Shown here one piece after another: positions 26,835 through 34,011 of a DNA stretch of 64,000 nt. The notes under the pieces were generated by a model. That model was not told the DNA's origin, did not search any database, and was given only the letters and a program-made list of their open reading frames with translations. A program made the translations under genes and the position numbers. The first letter of the stretch is position 1. The number at the start of each line of letters is the position of its first letter. Origin of the DNA: Dehalococcoidia bacterium (lineage in GTDB: Bacteria; Chloroflexota; Dehalococcoidia; Lucifugimonadales; UBA3495); NCBI GenBank assembly GCA_965222595.1, contig CBDCUJ010000001.1, positions 235,522 through 299,521 of the forward strand, written 5' to 3'.

Positions 26835-27236
26835 CTACTTGGGGTCTTGCGACAGTTGATTTGCGCTTGGCGCCGGTGGGGCGTCCTCCGGGTTAACGTC
26901 TTCAAGGTAGCTGGCCAAGGACTCCAACTGCTGGTCCCAGAACCGCCGGTATTGTTCGATCCACTGGACTGCGTGTTGCATCGGCGCTGTTTGCAACCGG
27001 CACCGTCTGACCCTTCCATCCCGTTCTTGGGTGACCAACCCTGCCCGTTCCAGTACGCGCAGTTGCTTGGAGATCGCGGGTAGGGAAACCTCGAAGGGTT
27101 CCGCCAGAACGGTGACCGGCAGAGCTTCTCGTGAGAGGCGCTCCAGCATGGCCCGCCTGGTGGGATCGGCCAACGCCGAGAAGGTCTGATTGAGAGTCTC
27201 GACGGCATTATTAACCATTTGGTTAAATATTAACAT
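26835..27236 (-). CDS. ArsR/SmtB family transcriptional regulator
   Basis: FSALADPTRRAMLERLSREALPVTVLAEPFEVSLPAISKQLRVLERAGLV winged-helix region. ATG 27236 is preferred because GGAGGG lies upstream. Confidence 0.8.
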   Translation of the reverse strand: MLIFNQMVNNAVETLNQTFSALADPTRRAMLERLSREALPVTVLAEPFEVSLPAISKQLRVLERAGLVTQERDGRVRRCRLQTAPMQHAVQWIEQYRRFWDQQLESLASYLEDVNPEDAPPAPSANQLSQDPK

Positions 27237-27444
27237 CGGACCCTCCATTGTCAACCCTCGCCCGGCATACAACAAAAAACCCGCGCCCCAGTTAGGGGCG
27301 CGGGTGTGATCGGGGACCGGCGCAGGTCAGGCCGGTTGGCTATGTGGCCGGTGCTAGACGGGGTACCGGTCTCCGTCGATTCCCCTTATTTGGCCGAACG
27401 CGCAGGCGGCCGTGTAGTCGGCGCTGTTCCGGTTTATCCAGGGA

Positions 27445-28272
27445 TCAGACCTCCAGTGGAGTATCATCGCGGTTGGCCCATTCACCCATGGAGGCGTCGT
27501 AGTTTTTCGTCTGGTTGTAACCGACCAGTTGGAGGACGAACACACCGTGCGCCGCACGGATTCCGCCCTGTCAATACGTGTAGACTTTCTTCTCGGGCGT
27601 GATGCCGGCCTCCGACAGGACTCGCTTGATTTCGTTGGCTGGCTTGAAACGGTGAGTGCCCCGGTCCATCACGTTGAACCATTCCAGGTGAATCGCCCCA
27701 GGAATGTGCCCAACACGCTGGTTGCCCCGGGAATCGCTGCCGTCCCATTCGGCGTCGCCCCGGACGTCCCAGATCACGGCGTCGGCCAGGCCGCAGGCCT
27801 CCTTCAGCTCATCGACCTTCACCAGCAACGACTCATCCCGCTGCGGTGTGAAAGTAGCGCCAGCGGCCCCGGAAGAGCGATCGACGCCGACACCGTTCCC
27901 GGCGGCTAGCCAACCCCTCCAGCCGCCGTCGAGCACTTTGACGTTGGCATGCCCATAGGTGTTGAGGGCCCACCAGAGCCGGGTAGCGTAGAGGCTCTGG
28001 GAGTTGTCGTAGGCGATTACCAGCGTGTCGTCGCCGACACCAAGCCCCTCGCACATGGCTTTGAATTGCTCAGAAGACATCAGGTGGACCCGGCCGGTGT
28101 CCGGGTCCTTTTCGAAGTTGTCGGGGACTATCACCGCGCCGGGAATATGCCCGCGGTTGTAAGCGGCGTCGACGTCGCAATCGACGACCACGACGTTCGA
28201 GTCGTCCTTGTGGGCGGTCACCCATGCGGCATCGACAAGATATTCGGGATGAGTGTAGTTCTCGGTCGCCAT
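27445..28272 (-). CDS. Two-domain rhodanese (thiosulfate sulfurtransferase-like) with TGA at the catalytic Cys position (predicted selenocysteine)
   Basis: Track ORF 27571..28272 ends ...KKVYTY at TGA 27571-27573. The same frame continues QGGIRAAHGVFVLQLVGYNQTKNYDASMGEWANRDDTPLEV to TGA 27445-27447, which matches the rhodanese active-site loop and C-terminus. A stem-loop CCGTGC/GGC/GCACGG (27545-27559) starts 11 nt after the UGA. Confidence 0.75.
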
Positions 28273-28545
28273 ATTCCCTCTTGCCAGTCGCCGCCGGACT
28301 CATCGCGGCGACATGCGACGTTATGACCGTCGTTTCGGGATTGTAGGCCACCGGCGCGAACACGGTCAACGCGGGCAGAGCGCTCCGGCGTCGGTTTACC
28401 TTGCCGTTCCCCAATCCTGAAAGCTAAAATGCGGGAAAGCCCGTCGGCCCGCCCCCGCCCAAAGACCGGGGCGGGCCGTCTTGTTGGAACGCCGCTTCCC
28501 TGATAGAGCCGGCTCCGAGATTGGGCCGAAGGCCAATGAGAGGTC

Positions 28546-29004
28546 GTGATGCGAAACGAGTTCACGGCGATATTCGAAATGGACGACGACCGCGTTGAGC
28601 CGCGCTATGTCGCGTACTGCGCGGAAATCCCCGGCGCCAACGCGGAAGGCAAAACGATGGATGAGGCGCGGACCAATTTGACCGAAGCGGTATCGCGGAC
28701 GCTGGAAGAGCGCCGCGCAAAAACCATGCGCGAAGTCCTGTACGATATCTCGCCCAACGCCACCCGCGAAACCGTGGTTGTACAGTCGTTGCGCAATGAG
28801 TTCACGGCAATAATCGAATGGGGAGAAGACTGGTACATCGCTTTTTGTCCGGAAATGCCCGCCGCCAGCGGTCAGGGCATAACCCGGGAGGAGGCACGGG
28901 ATAATTTGGCCGAAGCAATACTGCTGGTATTGGAAGATAGCCGCGATGACGGCTTGCGCGGCGTGCCTAACGAAGCCATCCGAGAAGTCATCGTAGTCCA
29001 GTGA
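28546..29004 (+). CDS. hicB: HicB-family antitoxin with a duplicated HicB/UPF0150 fold
   Basis: Two repeats: RNEFTAIFEMDDD..YVAYCAEIPGANAEGKTMDEARTNLTEAV and RNEFTAIIEWGEDWYIAFCPEMPAASGQGITREEARDNLAEAI. Overlaps the next gene by 4 nt. Confidence 0.7.
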   Translation: MMRNEFTAIFEMDDDRVEPRYVAYCAEIPGANAEGKTMDEARTNLTEAVSRTLEERRAKTMREVLYDISPNATRETVVVQSLRNEFTAIIEWGEDWYIAFCPEMPAASGQGITREEARDNLAEAILLVLEDSRDDGLRGVPNEAIREVIVVQ

Positions 29005-29195
29005 GACGCAATGCTCTGCTACATCATCTCCGTCGGCATCATTGCCGATTGAAGCGGGAAGGCCGGTCCCACTCAATCTGGCTCAACCCGGTCACCGGAG
29101 AGGTTCAATCCATACCTAGACACGCCGAGATTGATGACATCCTAGCCCGCAATATATGCCGCAAATTGTCAATCCCTATTATCGGCAGGGAGTAA
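29001..29195 (+). CDS. hicA: HicA-family toxin (mRNA interferase)
   Basis: 64 aa. LKREGRSHSIWLNPVTGEVQSIPRHAEIDDILARNICRKLSI fits the HicA pattern. Confidence 0.7.
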   Translation: MRRNALLHHLRRHHCRLKREGRSHSIWLNPVTGEVQSIPRHAEIDDILARNICRKLSIPIIGRE

Positions 29196-29208
29196 CAGGA
29201 GGACCGAC

Positions 29209-31143
29209 ATGGTACAACAAGGACAGATCGACCACCTGCTTCAGGAAACCGGCGAGATCGCTCCCCCGGCAGCGCTGGTGGCGCAAGCGACCCTCCAAGA
29301 CTTCGAGGGCGCTTACCGCGACTCCATGGAGTCCCCGGAGGTGTTCTGGGAGGGTGTGGCCTCGGAACTGGAATGGTCCCGCCGGTGGGACAAGGTCTTC
29401 GAGTGGGACTACCCGACTTTCCGATGGTTCCTGGGGGCGCGGTGCAACATCACTCGAAATTGCCTTGACCGTCACCTGACCAACGGCAACAAGAACAAAG
29501 CGGCCTTCATCTGGCTGGGTGAGGACGGCTCCGAACGAGTCTACACCTACGGCAGGCTGGCCCAGCTGGTGAACCGGTTCGCCAACGGGCTGCGCTCCTT
29601 GGGAGTAGGCAAGGGCGACCGCGTGGTCATCTACATGCCGCTGACACCGGAAGGGGCTATCGCGATGCTGGCCTGCGCCCGAGTAGGCGCGGTCCACAGC
29701 GTGGTGTACGCCGGCTTCAGCGTCGGCGCATTGCGCGAGCGGATAATCGACGCCCAAGCCAAGGCGGTGATTACCGCCGACGTCGGCTATCGCCGGGGCA
29801 ACGAAGTGGGCCTGAAGAGCATCACCGACCAAGCGGTGGCCAACCTGGACGTGGTGGAGCACGTGGTGGTCTGGAGGCGCAAGCCCCCCCTTATTCCCTC
29901 CAATGATGGGGGGAATAAGGGGGGGACGCTGGACCCCCGGGAAGTCGATTTCGATGAGTTGGTGGCCCGGGGCGACGTGGACTGCCCGGCCGAGGAGATG
30001 GACTCGGAAGACCCTCTCTACATCCTGTACACCAGCGGCACCACCGGGAAGCCCAAAGGAGTGCAACACGTACACGGTGGTTACATGGTGGGCACCTACT
30101 ACCATTTCAAGACGTTCTGGGACGTGAAAGACGACGACGTTTTCTGGTGCACTTCGGACATCGGCTGGGTGGTGGGCCATAGCTACATAGTCTACGCCCC
30201 CCTCGTCGCGGGGGCCACCACCGTGTTCCGCGAAGGCGCCATCGACTACCCTCATCCTGGCGTGTTCTACGAAATTATCGAGAAATACGGAGTAAACGTC
30301 ATTTTCACGGCGCCCACCGCCCTGCGCATGCTGATGCGCTACGGCGAGAAATACCCCCAGGGGTATGACCTGCGCTCCCTTCGGTTCCTCACCTGCGCCG
30401 GCGAGCCGCTGAACCCCGAGGCCCTGCGCTGGACCTACGAGCATATCTGCGGCAGCGGCCGGTGGGGCCACGTGGTGGACAATTGGTGGCAGACGGAGAC
30501 CGGCGGGCCGTGTCTGGGCACCACCGCCACCATGCCGGTGAAGCCGGGCCGGGTCGGCCGGCCGTTGCCGGGGGCCGAAATGGACATCGTGGACCGGGAG
30601 GGCCAGCCCATCACCGAGCCGGACAAGGGCGGCCTCTTGGTGATTAAACGGCCTTTCCCCCATTTCTTCCGGACAGTGTTCGGCGACCCGGAGCGCTACT
30701 CCCAAGACTGGAACACCATTCCCGGAGTGTACTTTACAGGCGACGTGGCGCTGCGGGACGCCGACGGTTACTACATGGTGGTGGGCCGCGCCGACGACGT
30801 GCTCAACGTGGCCGGACACCGCATCGGGTCCGCGGAGGTGGAGAGCGCCTTGGTGTCGCACCCGGCGGTGGCCGAGGCGGCGGTCATCGGCAAGCCCGAC
30901 GAGCTGCGCGGGGAGTCGATCAAGGGCTTCGTCACGCTGCGCGCGGGCAACGATCCTTCAGACAGCATGGTGGACGCCTTGAAGCTGCACGTTCGAAACG
31001 AATTGGGCCCCATCGCCGTCCCCGCAGAGCTCGAATTCACTCCCACTCTCCCCAAGACCCGCTCCGGAAAAATCATGCGCCGCCTGCTAAAAGCGCAGGA
31101 ATTGGGCTTGGACCCCGGCGACATCACCACCCTGGAGGAGTAG
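29209..31143 (+). CDS. acs: Acetyl-CoA synthetase (AMP-forming)
   Basis: 644 aa. AMP-binding YTSGTTGKPKGV and C-terminal LPKTRSGKIMRRLL. AGGAGGA RBS. Confidence 0.9.
   Translation: MVQQGQIDHLLQETGEIAPPAALVAQATLQDFEGAYRDSMESPEVFWEGVASELEWSRRWDKVFEWDYPTFRWFLGARCNITRNCLDRHLTNGNKNKAAFIWLGEDGSERVYTYGRLAQLVNRFANGLRSLGVGKGDRVVIYMPLTPEGAIAMLACARVGAVHSVVYAGFSVGALRERIIDAQAKAVITADVGYRRGNEVGLKSITDQAVANLDVVEHVVVWRRKPPLIPSNDGGNKGGTLDPREVDFDELVARGDVDCPAEEMDSEDPLYILYTSGTTGKPKGVQHVHGGYMVGTYYHFKTFWDVKDDDVFWCTSDIGWVVGHSYIVYAPLVAGATTVFREGAIDYPHPGVFYEIIEKYGVNVIFTAPTALRMLMRYGEKYPQGYDLRSLRFLTCAGEPLNPEALRWTYEHICGSGRWGHVVDNWWQTETGGPCLGTTATMPVKPGRVGRPLPGAEMDIVDREGQPITEPDKGGLLVIKRPFPHFFRTVFGDPERYSQDWNTIPGVYFTGDVALRDADGYYMVVGRADDVLNVAGHRIGSAEVESALVSHPAVAEAAVIGKPDELRGESIKGFVTLRAGNDPSDSMVDALKLHVRNELGPIAVPAELEFTPTLPKTRSGKIMRRLLKAQELGLDPGDITTLEE
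29884..29925. repeat. Perfect 15-bp-stem palindrome embedded in frame in acs
   Basis: CCCCCCCTTATTCCC (29884-29898), 12-nt loop, GGGAATAAGGGGGGG (29911-29925). Encodes PPLIPSNDGGNKGG. Confidence 0.85.
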
Positions 31144-31186
31144 AGAGCTGTTTCGCCGTTGCGCCCAAAGGTGAACTGACCAGAGA

Positions 31187-31393
31187 ATGAACGGCAGAGA
31201 GTTCATCCGGCCGGCGCGACGCTACGCCAGGCGCAACAGGATGGAATTTTATTTCGATCCTGACAAGGGAAAGGGCAGCCATGGCACCGCATTCATAGGA
31301 GACCGGCGTACACAGGTGCGGCACGGCGAGATTGCCACTGGCACCTTGATGTCCATGTTCAGAGAGTTGGGCATAGACAGGAGGGATTTCTGA
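31187..31393 (+). CDS. hicA: HicA-family toxin
   Basis: 68 aa. DPDKGKGSHGTAFIGDRRTQVRHGEIATGTLMSMFRELGI. Confidence 0.65.
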   Translation: MNGREFIRPARRYARRNRMEFYFDPDKGKGSHGTAFIGDRRTQVRHGEIATGTLMSMFRELGIDRRDF

Positions 31394-31396
31394 ACG

Positions 31397-31837
31397 ATGA
31401 AGTATGCCTATCCCTGCATTCTGGAACCCGAGGAAGACGAGGCGTATCAGGGATGGTTTAACGTGTCCTTTCCCGACATACCCAGTGCATTGACTTGTGG
31501 ACGCGATTGGAAAACGGCTGTGGAAATGGCCGAAGACTGCCTGCTCGTGTCGCTGTGCGTTTGCGTGGAGCGCAACGAGGAACTTCCCACTCCCAGTCCC
31601 ACTGCACCGGGGCAGGAACTGGTTACAGTGCCGCCCCTAGCGGCGGCCAAGCTCGCGGTGTACTCGACGATGCGACGGAAGGAAATCAGCAACATGGAGC
31701 TGGCCGAACGCCTCGGCATCAACGAATCAGCAGTACGCAAGCTCCTGATTCCCGATCGCTACTCCCACATGAAGCAGGTGGCCAAAGCCCTGGACGCGGT
31801 CGGTTGCCACCTGGTGGTGGAGGACTTGGCGGCGTGA
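31397..31837 (+). CDS. hicB: HicB-family antitoxin with C-terminal HTH
   Basis: MKYAYPCILEPEEDEAYQGWFNVSFPDIPSALTCG (HicB fold) and ISNMELAERLGINESAVRKLL (HTH). Confidence 0.75.
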   Translation: MKYAYPCILEPEEDEAYQGWFNVSFPDIPSALTCGRDWKTAVEMAEDCLLVSLCVCVERNEELPTPSPTAPGQELVTVPPLAAAKLAVYSTMRRKEISNMELAERLGINESAVRKLLIPDRYSHMKQVAKALDAVGCHLVVEDLAA

Positions 31838-31880
31838 CCGGCCAAGGTTACGGTGCCGGATCTGAACTGCGAGGCAGTAG

Positions 31881-32540
31881 ATGCGTGAAATTATTGGACG
31901 ATACAAATTTAGCCCAGCGCAGTTGCGCTTGATGGCAAAATCTGATGTCACGCCCGTTGATACCCCCGTTGATACCATTGAGAAAGCCCACTCTCGCGAA
32001 TACATATTCACCGTCGACGAGTTCGTGCGAATGGCGGAAATAGGCATCCTAGATTCGGATGACCGGGTGGAGCTCATCGACGGGGTGATAGTGGAAATGG
32101 CGCCTATCGGCAGACCGCATGGAAATCGGGTAAGCGACGTTGCCAGAGCCTTTTGGGAGCACGTGCCAAAGAGTGTGCGAGTGTACATTGGTTCAACAAT
32201 TCGCCTTGACGACAGAACCGGGCCGCAGCCCGACATCGTGCTCCTTAATCCACAAGCGTCGGCGGACGAAGAAACCGTCCCCCGACCAGAAGACATATTA
32301 CTGATCGTTGAAGTATCGGCTTCGACCCTCCGAACCGACAGGGGCGCCAAGGCGAGGCGATACGCCCAGAACGGTATCCCCGAGTTGTGGATTTTCGTCT
32401 TGGAGACCGAGCAAATCGAGGTCTGCCGTCAGCCCACTCCGGAAGGCTACGCTGAAGTGCGGCGATTCAGCCGTGGCGACACGCTGACCATACAGGCTCT
32501 GCCCGGCATCCAGATTTCGATGGATGAGCTGCTGGCCTGA
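31881..32540 (+). CDS. Uma2 family (DUF820) PD-(D/E)xK endonuclease-like protein
   Basis: DDRVELIDGVIVEMAP...PDIVLL...ILLIVEVSASTLRTDRGAKARRYAQNGIPELWIF. Confidence 0.8.
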   Translation: MREIIGRYKFSPAQLRLMAKSDVTPVDTPVDTIEKAHSREYIFTVDEFVRMAEIGILDSDDRVELIDGVIVEMAPIGRPHGNRVSDVARAFWEHVPKSVRVYIGSTIRLDDRTGPQPDIVLLNPQASADEETVPRPEDILLIVEVSASTLRTDRGAKARRYAQNGIPELWIFVLETEQIEVCRQPTPEGYAEVRRFSRGDTLTIQALPGIQISMDELLA

Positions 32541-32562
32541 GCAACAAACGGGGGTCAATATC

Positions 32563-33474
32563 ATGCTGTTGGAACCTCTGATTTCCACAATCGAAACTAT
32601 CAAAGAGCGCATTTCCGTCCACGGACCTACCCTGCGAGAAAACGAGACTCGCACCCGCATGGCGCTGATTGACCCATTGTTACAGGCCTTGGGGTGGGAT
32701 ACGACCGACCCGGCACTAGTGACGCCGGAGTACCGAGTTGGTGTGGGATGGGCAGATTATGCCCTCCGAAGTGTCGGGAACAAACCAGCCGCAGTTATAG
32801 AAGCCAAACGGCTGGGATCAATTGTTGAAAATCACTTGGACCAAGCGGTGGGCTATTGCATTCAGCAAGGGATTGCATACGCAGGGGTGACCGATGGCAG
32901 TCACTGGCAGTTGTATCGAACTTTCGAACCTATGCCCTTGGTAGAAAAACTCGTTCTGGACGTATCCATAGCCAGCACCCCCGCACACGAAGCCACCCTG
33001 AAAATGCTCCTGCTCTGGCGGCCAAACCTGGTGTCGGGGCAGGCGGTGGAGGCGAACGAGCCGTTGCAGGGTGTCCCAGATCCGGTTCCTCCAATGCCTG
33101 ACCCAGACGCCGGCAACTGGATTTCCCTTGCGAAGGTTGAAACCGGAAAAGGCCAAAAGCCTCCCATAGCAGTTAGATTCTCCGGTGGAGAAATGAAGCC
33201 TATCAAAACTTGGTGGCAGGTGTTAACAGGAGTGGCCGAGGGGCTGGTAAAAAGCGGGGAGTTGACAGCCGACCATTGCCCCATCGCCGGTTTGGGTTTT
33301 ATAAATTCAAGTCCAATTCACCCAAGCGGAAAGCCTTTCTTTACGCCCAAGCAGGTTTCAGGGGGTCTCTACCTAAATGTGCAGATGAACTCAAAACAAA
33401 TCGTTGCGAGTAGCAGAAGACTCCTCACCCGCTTCCATATAAGCCCAGAAACCGTCGAGTTGCGGTTCGAGTGA
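32563..33474 (+). CDS. Type I restriction enzyme HsdR N-terminal-like (PD-(D/E)xK) domain protein with an uncharacterised C-terminal domain
   Basis: ENETRTRMALIDPLLQALGWD...WADYALRS...PAAVIEAKRLG...AVGYCIQQGIAYAGVTDGSHWQLY. ATG 32563 chosen. Confidence 0.6.
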   Translation: MLLEPLISTIETIKERISVHGPTLRENETRTRMALIDPLLQALGWDTTDPALVTPEYRVGVGWADYALRSVGNKPAAVIEAKRLGSIVENHLDQAVGYCIQQGIAYAGVTDGSHWQLYRTFEPMPLVEKLVLDVSIASTPAHEATLKMLLLWRPNLVSGQAVEANEPLQGVPDPVPPMPDPDAGNWISLAKVETGKGQKPPIAVRFSGGEMKPIKTWWQVLTGVAEGLVKSGELTADHCPIAGLGFINSSPIHPSGKPFFTPKQVSGGLYLNVQMNSKQIVASSRRLLTRFHISPETVELRFE

Positions 33475-33520
33475 ACCCGGCTAACCACAACATCAATGCG
33501 TCATTGTATCCTGCCCACTG

Positions 33521-33790
33521 AAGGTCTACTACTTCCGCGAATTTCCTTATCACGAATACCGCGATGAGGAGGGGGCCGAGTATTCGTCGCGGCTGCCTTT
33601 TCCCCATAGCTTCTTCGACCCCTAGCAGGCCAACCAGACACCGTCTCTCGAAAAACTGAAGTGCCTGCACCGTGAGCTGGGCATGGAGCACCTCTTCAGG
33701 TACGGCCAAGAATCCAAGACGTCCCAGGAGGTCACCATGTCCAAGATCGGCCTGTTCGGCAAGGAAGTGCTGCCGGTTATCAAGACTTAG
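33521..33790 (+). pseudogene. Remnant of a luciferase-like (LLM) flavin/F420-dependent oxidoreductase gene
   Basis: An N-terminal-like KVYYFREFPYHEYRDEEGAEYSSRLPFPHSFFDP, an in-frame TAG (33623-33625), then a C-terminal-like GQESKTSQEVTMSKIGLFGKEVLPVIKT, compressed into 90 codons. No proper start. Confidence 0.4.
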
Positions 33791-33909
33791 AAACTATCTC
33801 AAAACTGATGGCGCCTTTCATAATCATCTGTTTTGGCGTCAATTACCCGGCGGGGTCCACCCCCATCCTAACCTTCCCCCTGAGGGGGAAGGGACTTTTG
33901 AGATAATTT
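33791..33909 (-). repeat. CTTAG-flanked stem-bounded repeat element (copy F)
   Basis: CTTAG (33786-33790), AAACTATCTCAAAA, ..., CCACCCCCATCCTAACCTTCCCCCTGAGGGGGAAGGGAC, TTTTGAGATAATTT, CTTAG (33910-33914). Confidence 0.65.
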
Positions 33910-34011
33910 CTTAGTGAATTTATACTTGATATACAATACTGTAATAGAATGCCAACTAACATGGCCGGCGCCCGGCGCGCGGGCTGAATACAGGCCGGTG
34001 GACTTTCCGAA

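Noticed and set aside
25909-26859. 316-aa plus-strand ORF spanning the tandem-repeat region and the SRPBCC gene.
   Set aside because: It runs through the 20-bp tandem repeat and lies antisense to a well-supported SRPBCC gene. It has low-complexity composition and no motifs.
29179-30861. Very long ORFs antisense or off-frame to well-supported genes. Examples: 29179..30861(-) opposite acs; 58126..59727(-) opposite gcvPB; 49320..50399(-) opposite ctaD; 3336..4682(+) opposite the transposase; 43188..44138(-) opposite the ABC ATPase; 38603..39733(+) opposite ggt; 885..1748(-) opposite the transposase; 55367..56389(-) opposite gcvT.
   Set aside because: These are high-GC shadow ORFs. Their products are Arg/Gly/Pro/Ala-rich and lack motifs, while the opposite strand encodes proteins with clear family signatures.
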